The position numbers were made by a program, and so were the translations under genes. Source: Tubulanus polymorphus (lineage: Eukaryota; Animalia; Nemertea). From it: a stretch of 64,000 nucleotides of DNA. This document shows, one piece after another, positions 50,789 through 64,000 of this stretch; the stretch's first letter is position 1; each line of letters begins with the position of its first letter. The DNA lies in NCBI RefSeq assembly GCF_964204645.1, contig NC_134035.1, positions 2,170,001 to 2,234,000 of the forward strand. The letters run 5' to 3'. The notes beneath the pieces are model-generated. The model was given only the letters and a program-made list of their open reading frames with translations, was not told the origin of the DNA and made no database searches.

Positions 50789-53700
50789 CTACAGTGATAG
50801 AGAATCTACTATTACTATTCAAGTAGGCCTTTACCTCAAAAATATAATTTACCCAGCATTAAAAGAGCCATTGGCCATAGTAAGGCTAATGATGGGACAA
50901 AGAAATACTTATATTTTTTCTCGTAAAATGAAACAGCTTTTCATCTTGGAAATCAGAATATATATCATACTATTATTATATTTTATCAAATACCAACTAC
51001 GATAAAACATCAGTATCATCTAATTAGGCTAATAAGAATCAATGTCTCACGGTAAAACATTCACATTTCAAGGGAGGACTATATTACTGAGTCCACTATT
51101 TAGCGGGATAACCTGCCGAGTGATAAGCAGATTATTACGTGTTCAGGCTGCACTGGTTGTCCCATTGTGAAATTACAGGAACAATCCAATAGGATTAGTG
51201 TGGGGAAACAATGATCTGAATGATGTAAAGCAAGATGAAACAAATTATCAATCAAGTCCCAATGCAATTTCAGAACTGTTGACGTGGATTGATATACGTT
51301 AGCCTATCATAGATAGTATCTATGTCAAAACCGTTTGGATTGAATTGAAATTCTAAGATCAAGATTTAGACATAAATTCTTACGATTTCTGACATAATTC
51401 TTATCGATAAATTAGTGCACACAGGTAGATTTATAAAAATGATCTCGTTCCGAGTTGTCAGACGATTAAACGGCGAATTTAGCGTCAAAATCAAACTTTT
51501 AGAAACGAAATAATTTACGATTTTGACAATTAAATCGCGCTGTGGAGCCCTTACTCGCTTGCCACAGATGGCATTGTGAAGCGTCAGCCAGTCATCACCA
51601 GTACTCAGCTGCCACGGTATGCATTTTATAGCGTCAACCAGTCACTACTTCCCCACAAGGCGAATTTACCAGTCACTACATACCTCTCCACAGCACATAT
51701 AAGGCGAATCTATCCCGTCAAATCAGATTTGATTTTCCTAATCATAATTTGTTTGTCACGTGTAATCTAATCAAATAAGATTTGCACAACAGGATGAATT
51801 TGACGACTTGTACCAAATGGCTGACAAGAAAATACTCAGTCTCGCTTCAAAATATTGAATGAGTTCTCTGATGAAATAAACAAAGCAGGGTCAAGCCCAA
51901 AGGGCTTCATTTGAATCAACCTTTGATTGTTGCTAAAAACTTCATGAAACGATAAGGTGTTAACGTGAATCATATTTATTTTCATACAACAATTATAGAA
52001 AATGCCAGATTGGATGCTTGAGGAATTATAATGTAAGTTCCTCAACTACGATGACTGTATTTCAAAAAAAGACCAACCACAATGGTTACATTTTTTGGGC
52101 ACTTTTTCCACCCTCGACTAGGGCCAGTCTCAGCAGCGCAACACGTAATGTATTTATTCCCTCAAGAAATGAAAACACATTGAAATTTCAAAATTTCCAG
52201 ACCCTTGTTCCAGCTGCGTGGATACTCAATTTGCCCTTAAAAAAGTGTATTATTAATTTCTTTAGTTCTTCTGTCAAAGTATGCCCCTCGATCTGCCCAA
52301 TTTTGAGGAACTAGGTTCCAATTAGAATCCAAAATCTGCATCACAGCAAAAATAAATTCCTCTCAAATAGACTACAGTTTTATTTATTAATTTATATACT
52401 TTTATTTATTCATCTTACTATCAATTCATTATAATATATAATAATAATAATAATAATCACACAGACTCGATAAAGATGCACATGCCGCAGCAGGCTAATT
52501 CTCCAAACAAATAACACAAAAAACCCCAGAAAAATCTTGGCCGGAAATCACGCGAAGATAAAGCGCTACAACTTTCAAATGGACGAAGTTAAGTTCTCAG
52601 AAACTGGAATGCTTACGAGATATTGCAAATTGTGAATATTGCTCGAGGAAACTGAGATGATATGCGAAAGATTAGAAATATTCTAAAAAAATGCAACTCA
52701 CAAATTATGCATTTTCTAATTCTAAAACGACGGAATAATAAAGACAATGGCAAGAACTGTACTTATTCAATTCTAAAATTATATAAAACCATTTAAAAGT
52801 GGTTGTTTAGTAATTATCCATTCAAGCGTAACCTTTGAAAACACAACACACTTTAACAATTACCTCAAACGATCAGTTTTTCAATGGTTTCGCAAATTTA
52901 CGTCTTAAAAATATTATAGAACCCGGTTTTGAAATGAACGCACCAAACTTAAAAGGAATCAAACCAATTTTTCAATTATTCGACCCAAGAAACTAGATAA
53001 TCTTTGAATGAATTTGGTTCCTCAATACATAATTGTATAAAAGTCAAATATCAAAACTGATGTTTTTGTCAGATAATGAAAATATATCATCTTTGCATCA
53101 GGATCCAGTTCGACAGTTCTGAGTTAAGTTTCACTCAACAGTTATATGAGTCCATTTTCAATATTTCAACCCAAGTCAAATCCTTGCCCACAACTGTTAA
53201 ACTAGATCCTGAGTGCCTATCAACTACATTTCGTACTACAGTAGCAAAGCACAATCCTAACATACCAATAAGAAAGTGGTTTGGTTTTTTTTTCATGATA
53301 ACAATCAAAAAGAATTGTATTATCATAGTAACATAGTTGGAATTTGGCATAAAAATATAAGAAACTACTTTCATAGAATGATATCAAGTTCTATTGCAAC
53401 CATTTATGCTAAACTTCGGTGAAATTGTTTGCCTGGATTTCGCTATTTTAAAGTCGATGGCTACTGCTACTGCTAACAACAAAAATTTAATATGAAAATT
53501 AACGATATCGATAAAATGGCTACAGCTACATATTTAACAAAATTGTAACATTAACATCTTAACTGCTTAGTTCAGTACATTTCTACAACCAATCAAAACT
53601 TATGCAAGCCGGGTAAAATTTAGTAGTACCCAAGAAATCAGCCCCCAAACTTGCCATCAATTGCGCATGGACTTAATCGTGTTCCTTATCAAGCTGGCTA

Positions 53701-53820
53701 CAGCAGTGTGTGCTCGTGTGTGTTCTGACTAAGGAAAAATTCCAAGTGCAGTAGTAAAATTTTATCCCTGATTTACTTTAACGTCAAAACTCTTAGGTGT
53801 GGGTGTTACAACTAAACGTA

Positions 53821-54336
53821 CAGTAGACTCTGCCTACAGCGGTAGTGCCGGCACTGGCATTACGTTACCAGTACAGACGATATAGATTATATAGTCGGTA
53901 TAGTCGGTGTATAGTCGGTATAGATTTTTGGATGTTTCTACATTGACAAACAGTTGGGAGAGAAAATCTATTCATTACTATTCTACCAAATTAACCCTTT
54001 CAGTGCGTTTACACCGCAGTGCGGTGTATAAATCAGTGATAGATTTTGCTAGTACATGTATTGTATTGATTTTGATGTTGATATAGTAATTGTATTGATG
54101 TAATAAGTAATTAGTAATTATCTCACCTGAAAAATTGCTGCACCTGTCAAACTTAGTGAAATACTAGTTACTAACGATACACTGCGCCGCGGTGTAGATG
54201 CACTAGTAGTATTCGTTATTCAACACACTAGGGCGGAATTTTTAAAAATTTTCAAATTATCTCCAGCACTATAGGGCATTAATTAGTCAGCACTGAAAGG
54301 GTTAAACGGATTACCTGTTTTAGGCGGCGTCTACTG
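53821..54336. mobile_element. TA-flanked MITE hosting a family-2 MITE
   Basis: TA-cagtagactctgccta...taggcggcgtctactg-TA. Confidence 0.7.
53991..54305. mobile_element. piggyBac-like MITE, family 2
   Basis: TTAA-CCCTTTCAGTGC...GCACTGAAAGGG-TTAA. Confidence 0.88.
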
Positions 54337-55098
54337 TAATTAAAAATTCACGCAAAACGACAGCGCTGACGATCATATCTAATTTCAACTATCATCAGCA
54401 ACGATCGCAAATTGTAAACGATCGCAAATTGTAAACGTAAGTTTTTTCACGGATTAAATCCGCGAACTGCAACTAGATTCATACTAGACAACAATCAAAC
54501 ACATAATTGGACAAAGAACGCCGAGAAATTAACACGTCTACACACTACGATTCTTTTTACATCTTCCGTTCTTCTGACTATTGTTTTTAAAATATATAAA
54601 ATATTATGTACAACTGTTTTAATTAAGAGCTTTAATAAAAAGCCTCAACCGCGGGAAGATAAAAATATATCACTGTCAAACAAGTGAATGGAGGGAAACT
54701 CTGGAATAATAAACACAATATAGTAAATACCGTTTAACAATGATCCCCAATAATGAAAAACCTTTTTCGGACGGACGCAGACTAAGTATCGAAAAATATT
54801 CTTCATTTTACCGAAAATCCCTACAGTCAGAGATATGTTTTTTCAAATATGTTTTAATGGTAGATTTATGACAAGATATCTGCTACAAGGTCGCTAGCTA
54901 CAAGGTCGTCTGGTACAAGGTCGTCTGCTACCCTCAACGGGTCAGTTTCACAGTCATGGCTTAGATTTCAGACCAGTATAAAACCAGCTTAGGTAGTTCT
55001 ACCAAGTCTTATGATTTAAGACCACTTTCTAAGATCAAAGTCACGACTGAGCTACTGAATCCAAGGTGTCAAAGGAGAATCATACAATATATATATCG

Positions 55099-55100
<2 letters not shown>

Positions 55101-55157
<57 letters not shown>

Positions 55158-55163
55158 GTATAT
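55101..55163. repeat. (TA)n microsatellite
   Basis: Direct reading. Confidence 0.95.
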
Positions 55164-55332
55164 AAATAATTAAAACATATTTCACAATGATTTTTTATCA
55201 AATTTTCTATTTACATCGAGTTTATAACAATCAATGATGTGGATGGATGGACATTTCATTAACGAATTAGACAAACGGCCTAAATCCAAAATATGAATGC
55301 GAATGCTGCGTTCAATGTAACTCGTATATTCT

Positions 55333-55820
55333 CACGGAGGAACCTCGTTAAAACAACCTCCGATGATAAGTGATTTTTTGGTTTACGAACCTAGAATTTC
55401 ATGATCCCAAAAAGGTAGAAAAAGAAATGCCATTGTAGGGCCAGTTGCTTAACCCTTTCAGTGCGTCTACACCGCAGTGCGGTGTATAAATCAGTGCTAG
55501 ATTTTTGCTAGTACACCGCACTGCGGTGTATTGATGTAATTAGTAATCATCTGTCTTGAAAAATAGCAGCTCCTGTCAAACATAGAGAAATACTAGTAAC
55601 TAATGATACACTGCGCTGTTGTATAGACGCACTAATGTGGTATTCCCGTTATTCAACACACAAGGGTGTAATTTTTTAAAATTTTAAAATTATCTCCAGC
55701 ACTATAGGATATAAATTAGTCAGCACTGAAAGGGTTAAAAGCAATATAATAATGGATATAATGAACTAGCAAGCAGTTTCTGGTTTCTTGAAGTTCGTTA
55801 TAAAACGAGGTTCCGCCGTG
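55333..55820. mobile_element. Tc1/pogo-type MITE hosting a family-2 MITE
   Basis: TIRs cacggaggaacctcgtt...aacgaggttccgccgtg. Confidence 0.7.
55449..55738. mobile_element. piggyBac-like MITE, family 2
   Basis: TTAA-CCCTTTCAGTGC...GCACTGAAAGGG-TTAA. Confidence 0.88.
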
Positions 55821-56308
55821 TATAAAAAGGCTCGGAATTTTCATGAAAACATGTATTAAAACTATAGGACATCGTCTCATCATCGGGATTCAAAACCTGA
55901 TTGTATTAAGACCTCGCACCCTTTGTCCGTAGCTATGAGCCAAACAGGCAGACGGTCTCAGCATCCCGTCAAATATAAGAATTATGGATGAAAGATGAAT
56001 GATACGCGATGATGAGATGCAGGAAATCTCTTTTCAATATCGACGAAAAATACGAACAGAAATAGGTACAGAAAGTAGAAAATTCAAGGGACACGCTAGG
56101 GGTGAATATTCTCGGACGGTCGGCAGCAGTCCATTGCATCTTCTAAAATAATCCGCTCGCGCGTTAAACTGAACTCTTACAGCACCTCGACCCGGTTTTA
56201 GTCGATCGAAAAAACAAATCAATCCCATCGTCGTATAAACGTTAAAATCGCAATTCTCCAGTCGATTCCGAAGCAGTTTAAACCAGCGAGCGAGCGAACG
56301 TCTGTCGT

Positions 56309-59300
56309 TCAGTTAACCCACGCGTACTCCGGCCACCACGCGTACATCGTTTTCAAACTGTTACAGATCTTCCACAGCGCGTCGAAATGCGCGATTTCGT
56401 TGTGTTGATTGAACGACGACGAATCGATGAATATATGACCCGGATACATTTTCCAATTCGACACGAAACCGCTGCGCACGATCTGCTTCATCGCCGCCTG
56501 CAGAACGGCCGGGAACGTCGCGTCGGAAACATAGTTCGACGCGTACGTCGTTTCGATGGCGCCGAACATGGCCAGGTAGTCCTGACCGTGGAACGCATAG
56601 CGCGTCGCGAAACCGACGTTGAACGGATCGTACGGTCGCGACGCGAGCGGTCGCGCCGTCACGATGTACCGATAGACGGGCATGCCGTTCGTTAAGCCGC
56701 CGAGGGCCGAGACGACGTCGTTGTACGGGCAGACGGCTCGTACGTACGACACGAGCTCGGTGAATCCTTCCTCCGAGTACATGTCGCGTTGTAGATTCTG
56801 CGACACGTCGGCCATCGTCGTGTTGAACACGGCGAACTGCGACTCGAATTCGGCGGTTTCCATCGGTGTCAGACTCTGCTGCGTGCGGAAATACGGAGGA
56901 TTCAAATCAGCTTCATTGCGTTCATTTCCTACAAAAAATACGAACAAATCATCAAGGTTCAGTTACAGTTTATCATAGTTTAGATTTAAGGCCAGTAGAC
57001 CATCTTAGTTCTACAATCTAACAATTTAAGACAGTTCTCAGGCTCAAACTCCAAAATTACCACGCATTTGTTCCCATTGCATTTTCGACATTTTGTATCT
57101 CGGGCCAATAGCTAAATTTTGACAAGACAACTTTTTGAATTTCTACCCTGTTCTAGAGCTAGACCCCCGTACTAACATTGTAACCAAGTGTCATCAAGAT
57201 CGACCCACGCTATTAATGAAGCTAAATAGCTGAAAGACAGACACACAGACAGTGCGAGAGAAAGGGTCTCACGGATAGCCTGAGAACAAAATTTGCAAAA
57301 CAAAATTTTGGTCTAATTGTGAGAGTAACTTTTATATTGAGAGATAGTGAAGTCTTGCAATAGATCTCGGTTGTTGGGAGTCTGATCACATGACTTACCG
57401 ACGACTAATGTAACTTTATTTCCGTCTCCGTTCTTCAAACGGTCGAGAGGCGCGCCCGGTAACACGTCGCCGTCGACGTAGATCATCGCGCCGGATTTAA
57501 CGCCCAACGCCGGGAATCGGAACTTCCACGGTTTGTTCCACGCGGGAAACTCGTCGTAAGGCGCCAACTTGACGACGTCCTCCGGGTGAAGATCGTACAA
57601 ACATTTCGTTTTGTTCGCCGCCTCCGTGCAATTCGATTTCCTATCGAGAGAGAAAATAAAACGATAAAGCGTCGCTGAAATAATGAATCAAACAAGTTCC
57701 GTAGTATTCCCGGAAATAGAAACAAAATTAATGAATCTATGATGATAGTAACCAAAATTGTGGCTCATTTATCAAAGGACCTCAGATTTATTAAACATTT
57801 TGTAAGTTTAACATGCTGCAATGGAAAGTTGTGTTTTCAGCGAGTATAATCCCATCTGTTAGCAATATGAGTTCCAAAGTTGTGAATTAAGATTTGACTC
57901 AGAGTTAACTCATTGTAAAATGAATTAATTCTAACTCAGAGTTAACACTAAATCATGACTATGGAACATGAGCCCGGGCTTTTTCCAAGCAAGACCACGA
58001 AAATCAGCGAGAGTTGATATCACTTACGTCATGAACGGTTCGTTATCCTGTAAAACTTGCGCAGCCGAACGATTTGATATCAGACCTCCGCTCATTATCC
58101 ACGCTCTGTGAAACAAACCGGCGGCTTTCGGCGAGGCGATCATAGCCAGCACGCTGGTACCACCCGAACCGAGACCGACTACAGTCACCTGGAATTATTG
58201 ATTGAACAGAGGAAATTTAGTGAAAACGACAGGAAAGTATCGATACAAGAGAGAGAGAAGAGAGCTACTTAGGTAGTCGCAGTTCGGTAATCTGCTGCCG
58301 CAAGATGATCACCCTCATCACCCTTTGAGTAATGACTAGGTATCAGGGTATCAGGCCTGGTAGTTCAACTCCAAAATGCTGCTCAGAAATCCCGAACAAA
58401 CACAATTACACAGAGATACAGGTTGTACAATGTCCCTGCATTTAACTTGTTGTTCAACTCATTTGTTACATAGAATTCTTTATATACCCGGTACTATTCT
58501 TCAGCCACAATCATAAAATGATTACTTATTGAATGATTTTGAATTTAAAGAACATTTTCTCTGGAAATACTTTCAATTTGCCTGATTGGTATGCAGTCAC
58601 TTAGTGACGCATTCATAGCCTGAACAGTAGAGTCCATCATCGGTGTAGACGCGCTAAAAGGGTTAAGACTATGTAATGAAGATACTCACTCGTGTCGGAT
58701 CGCCGCGGAATGCGCGTATGTTATTCTTGATCCAGCGTAACGCTTCGATTTGATCCTTCAGTCCGTAATTACCGGATGGTTGCTCGAGAGCGCCGAGCGC
58801 CAGGTAGCCGAACGCGTTCAAACGATAGTTGATGCTGACGACGACCATGTGCGAGCCGTGAACGAGACCGGTCATGTTGAATCGATCGAGTTCGTCGCTG
58901 CCTCCGACGTTCAGGTCGCCGCCGTGCACGTATACCATCACCGGGTGATCGGTGACGTTATCCTTCGGCGTCCAGATATTCATAAACAAACAATCTTCAG
59001 CTCCTACAGCCTGCACGCGATAAACAAATTTAAAATATTTCTATCGTTAGTTTTTGTAATCTCGATCACATTCATAAATTTGCTGGGTGCGCTGTTATAT
59101 GTAATGGTCTATTAAACATCTTATTTTAGTAGCCATTTAATACATGTAGCCACATTTTAATATATTGATAATCTTATTCTATAGTAGCCATGTAGCCATG
59201 TAGTACATGTTACCTTTTTAAACTAACATATGCTTCTCATTAATGTATTTTCAAGTTACCCGAGTAGGTTTCACACATGTCAAACTCGACGAAAGTCATC

Positions 59301-62300
59301 GCATTGCTGAAGTCGTCTAGATTTTTGATTCAAAATTTGTACTTCATATCCAATTTACTAAAGGCAAGTCTTCATTTGGATAAATTGATAATACGTAATG
59401 ATCATCTAAACTACGACTTATGCAAATTTGATTACTATTAACTACTTTCTGTAGCATTTTTGTTTTTTCATATCAGAATCGTAGAGAAGTCTTTTCAGTT
59501 TCATGAAGCGCGTGATAACTTCAATAATTATACTTCTCTATTTTGAGAAGAATGATTAATTTAACTGAACAACATGTTTATAGATCTACTACTGGCTGGA
59601 ACTGGAATATTGGATTAGGAATGATGGATGATAACTTGTAAAATATGCGCGCACAACTGAGTAAACAGCCTTTTGGGGCAATTCATTGTGTCAACATTTA
59701 AATACCCGGTATTATGAATTGTGTATATTATTCGTACTATCAAATAAAAGAAAAATTCATTCATACATTCTTAAAACAAATTCATACCTTAGCTCCGACG
59801 ATTTGCATGCATCGAGATCGATAGCCTTTAGCTGAGTATTGCATCGAAGCACCGAACACATGACTGCAGTCGTCTTTCGTTACGAGCGATTGCGGCGATT
59901 TCCAGCGTAGGTTACCGGTCGGTGGATGAGCGTACGGCACTCCCTGAAACATAAAACAAAACCATATTCAAAACCCATGAGATACCGGTAATCACATATC
60001 AAAGCGAGTAAGTTTTTCAGTAAAAACTTTCATATTTTTGTACAAATTAATGAGCAATCAAAGGGGGATAGGTAAGACCCTCAGTAACACATTTGACATT
60101 TCTGTTCAATCAATCAGTAATCAAGGGGGTAAGACCCTCAGTAATACCTCTCATATTTCTGTCCAAATTAATCAGTAATCAAGGGGGGTAAGACCCTCAG
60201 TAACACCTTTCATATTTCTGTACAAATTAATCAGTAATTAAGGGGGGTAAGACCCTCAGTAACACCTTTCATATTTCTGTACAAATTAATCAGTAATTAA
60301 GGGGGGTAAGACCTCAGTAACACCTTTCATATTTCTGTACAAATTAATCAGTAATTAAGGGGGGTAAGACCCTCTGTAAGCTTCCGTCCGTGTTACCTTG
60401 TAACTGAATATGTCATCCACTTCGCTACCAGTTATAGTCACTCCACAGCCTAACGTTACAATCGGAACTCCGAACTGCCATTCAGATTTCTTCTCTTTTC
60501 TCTTCTCTTCAATGATAACACACAAAATTCATAGATTCGTAGAGACATACACAATAAGTTACTAAATCGTGATATCGTAAATTGAAATGAAGAAGAAATC
60601 GAACGTGGAAGACTGATCAACTTTGTTCTTTAGATCATGGCAGTAGACCCTAGCCTGCCATGAGTAGAATCCTTGATTGCCACAGTAGTATTGCAGGTTC
60701 AGAACACTGCAGCATCATAAGAGTCGGTGTGTAGGTATCTAAAATCTTACCTTGATTGGTTTTTTGTTGATGATAAACGATCGGACCGACGATAACGGCT
60801 AAAACGATGATAATCAATAGAATAATAATGACGGCTGCTCGAGGCTTGCTGTATTTCGGCGACGTGAAAAACTCCTTGAATTTGCTCAAACACGTTTTCG
60901 GCAGGCTTTGTTTTTCGTCTTTTTTCACCAGGTCGGCCGTCGATTTCGCCTGCAATTACAAGAAGATATTAAGCTAGTGTAATAACAAAAATTTAGAACT
61001 GACTGAACGTAAAAATGTCAAAGCTAAGCTATAAGTACATTTAGACGCTTTTAAGACAGAAGTGCGAATGACAATGCTTACCACAGTGCTGCTGCTGTTA
61101 GCCGGAGTCATACCCTGAGGCGCGGTGCCGTCCGGACGGAATGATATTTGCACATCTTGCGGATACGAGACCCGCGAACTCTGATGAAACATAGAACAAA
61201 ATAAGGAATACATGTTCAATATATGCATTCTCTTTATATAAAATCATGTAATAATCTTGTCATGATAGTTACTCCGAGATATAATGCATACCAACGAAGT
61301 AAATGCCATTTTTCACTGATATTTCACAGGATATCATCTTAAATATTCCGTATTTACAAAACTAACAATCATAATCAAATTAAACACGACTTAAAATTCA
61401 CCGATATGGCCAAACGCACCTAGCAATGAAAAAAAAAAAACATCTTTCCTCGTGAACACATTGTCTATGCAGTGTGCGTTGATCATGATCTTCTTAATGA
61501 AAATGATCCCTGATATGTTTTTCACATTCCCAAATGCAAGTATACATGCACTTTATTCTGATATACTTTAGAAACACTTTGGGCCGCTTGTAAATTTTTC
61601 ACTAGAGAGATAGAGAGAGAGTAGTATCGCGATTAAACTGGCTTCGACGTTACGCGACATAGAAATTATTAGCAAAGTTCTGATTAAAGAACTAATCAAC
61701 GGCATATGGTGCCGTGAAATGAGCGAACTTTCAAACAGCAACGATTGAAATCCAATCTCGGAGTGTCAGACGCGTATCGCAGTCAGACGTGTTTCATTGA
61801 TTTTTCAAAAAAAAGCGCAATTCGATCTGGAAAAAAATTCCAATGAAATCTGACGACTCAAAACGAAGTCGAAACAGCGCAACGCGTTAATCATAAATTC
61901 AACAACGTTTAGCCGATAATTCATTCAGATTTCACAGGAAAAAACGTACGATTTAGTGAAATCCCTTCAATACCACCTGCTCGAATGAAAACAGCCGATT
62001 GAAAATATTTGTTAGCATTATAAACTGTGTACGCTGCTACTATTTCTAAAATGCTATAGAGCACATGTGTAACTTAGAACCTATAACTAACTAATAATCA
62101 GTTTCACTGTCTCGGATAGATAACTTCCATCCATCTTTCTCTATAAGATCTTAAAATTTAAATGTGTTTACTTCTATAACCATAGCCCAGTAACAATATC
62201 AGTTGAAGTCAATGAAAATGAGAACTTAGTTCCACCAGACAGCAACTCGGTCCCGACCGACCATTATTAATCGTCCACCTTCGGAAAGACATTTAGCTAC

Positions 62301-62452
62301 ACTGCCACCTATTGGTTTAATTAGCGAGTAACTCTTACCGCTGGTGAAGGCTGTTCGCTGCCGCCGGATACTTTAATTGCACCATCCCAGGAATCACGTC
62401 TGCTCGTATTGGTCGGTTTCGGTAACGTTCCGAGTCGAGATTGATGAGAACT
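56309..62452 (-). CDS. Type II membrane type-B carboxylesterase/cholinesterase-like protein lacking the catalytic Ser (neurotactin-like); exons 62452-62339, 61180-61082, 60949-60751, 60506-60397, 59943-59788, 59010-58690, 58188-58028, 57640-57399, 56928-56309; 5' end not resolved
   Basis: YKGVPYAHPPTGNLRW, EDCLFMNIWTP, PVMVYVHGG, SINYRLNAFGYL, GNYGLKDQIEALRWIKNNIRAFRGDP and VTVVGLGSGGTS. A single TM (AAVIIILLIIIVLAVIVGPIVY) follows a hydrophilic N-terminal region. Splice phases are consistent. Confidence 0.9.
60017..60374. repeat. ~60-bp intronic tandem repeat, about 6 units
   Basis: Unit aagaccctcagtaacacctttcatatttctgtacaaattaatcagtaattaaggggggt. Confidence 0.9.
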
Positions 62453-62525
62453 CTAGCAAAACAAACATTTAAATACTTTAAAAAATGAAACACGTGTGTT
62501 TAACTCACAACTGTGGAACTGGACC

Positions 62526-62657
62526 CAGGGGCAGCAGTTGCTCAAAAGATGGTTAAAGATAACCAACCGATAAATACTATACAATGAACTTTTAATTGTC
62601 CACTTTTTCAACTATCCATTGAATAACTGTCAACAATTTTTGAGCAACTGACCCCTG
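62526..62657 (-). mobile_element. MITE family 1 (inverted copy)
   Basis: Termini cagggg..cagttgctcaaaag...ttttgagcaactgacccctg; the interior matches 3118-3249. Confidence 0.75.
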
Positions 62658-63284
62658 ATGTTTGGTAAATAGCCTATGATATTTTCTAAGGATGAGTAAA
62701 AAGAACATTTAAAAAGCCCGAAAATGTGATGTGATAAATGTCTCTTCTAAAATTGAAGTATTTGGTTCATTCTATAGGGCTTCCAGCAGATCAATAACTA
62801 GCTAAACTTTTTCTGCATTTCATGCATTAGTATATACCTAAACCATTGTTAAACTGCGATACTGCTGCTGCAGGCGAGCAGCGAGCTATTGGAACATTTG
62901 CGGTTGGCTTGACTACAACAAACTACGTAGTTAGTTACTCAATACGAAGTAAATTTTTACAATATTTAACTAATTGTACGACAGTGGCAGCTATCGGCAA
63001 TCGGCGCAGTGTATTGGCTATCGGCAATCGTCGCAGTGTATTGTACTTTGCGCGTTTAAATCTGATATCATCTCGGATAATTGTGTGTTACACAACAGCA
63101 ACACTTGAGTGAGTAGTGAGTTGACTGTAGACTGTATTTCATGCGAAATGAATTAAGTGCAATTTAAAAAAAATCTAACAGCGGAACACGAACAAGTGCA
63201 TACACAGACATAGCCGATATATATTTGATTTAACTCAATTCTATCAATCTGCTATAATTCTGTTACCACAAAGTCTGGGGGGGG

Positions 63285-63417
63285 GGGGCTGCCGTTGCTC
63301 TAAAGTTGGTTAGAGTTAACCAGTGGATAGTTGAAATAGTGACAATTAAAAGTTCATTGTTACTATAGTGTTTATCCATCGGTTATCGTGAACCCACATT
63401 TGAGCAACTGCAGCCCC
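63285..63417 (+). mobile_element. MITE family 1
   Basis: ggggctgccgttgctc...gagcaactgcagcccc; the interior matches 3118-3249. Confidence 0.75.
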
Positions 63418-64000
63418 GCCAGAATTCCTCGGAAAAATACTTGAAGAAAAAATTGAGGCAAGAAATAACAACAAAAACAAAGGAATTTGTACAATATTTT
63501 TCACACAAGTGCAAGATACTTTCAACAATTTTTCAAACACTACTCAACAAAGAATATATATATGTAGAATAGATACAGGTGCTTGTGCGTCATCACAGTA
63601 GCAAGCGAGTGACGAGTGACCGATCTGAAATACATCAAACATTTCACGATATGTTCACCCACCTGAGTTATAAATGATATAGGGCGACTATAATAACTGT
63701 CATTTTGCTGAAATAGCCACCATATATTCATTCAATACATACAGCGCGCCGAAAACAATGACTAGTTCAAATATTTTTGGGTCGCGGCAAAATTATGAAA
63801 ATTGTGTATTTATTACGTGGAGTAAAATTGAAAATTGTTCGTTTGTTTGTAGGATGAGTGAGTCGAGCGACGCAGAAGAAAACTCAGGCATTCACAGCCC
63901 CTACCCACTGCTCCCTACCCCCATCTCTCTGGCAATTTCGTCTGATTTGCGCAGAGGAAAAGTATTATAGGCCTACATGTACTGAAAATAATGTACCGGT

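Noticed and set aside
51553-51575. First coding exon of CCDC91 (ATG CCA TCT GTG GCA AGC GA|gtaag)
   Set aside because: Phase 2 does not fit the next exon, and the sequence is the TGGCAAGCGAGTA repeat motif.
52380-53600. AT-rich stretch with short ORFs that may be a non-autonomous DNA transposon
   Set aside because: I could not define termini, a TSD or protein similarity by eye.

Overview
Eukaryotic, AT-rich invertebrate DNA with short GT-AG introns, probably lophotrochozoan (inference). From left to right: the 3' end of a Q-rich nuclear protein gene (probably Cabin-1-like); myotrophin (4 exons, minus); a cluster of nine GPCR genes with intronless coding regions (six close paralogues called family A, three divergent FMRFamide-receptor-like genes called family B), with a 10-exon astacin + 2xShK gene inside it; an 11-kb repeat domain made of a 3.05-kb tandem unit x2.3 and a 2.76-kb spacer-less palindrome; CCDC91 (minus); and a type II membrane cholinesterase-like protein lacking the catalytic Ser (neurotactin-like, minus, 5' end unresolved). 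MITEs, LINE/SINE remnants and a solo LTR are scattered throughout. The best candidate for a new system is the GPCR cluster. Cytoplasmic-face segments are homogenised down to synonymous sites while ligand-facing segments diverge, one family A gene shares its promoter with a family B receptor, and the newest duplication junction carries a Penelope-type minimal hammerhead motif. All calls come from manual reading and no database searches were run.
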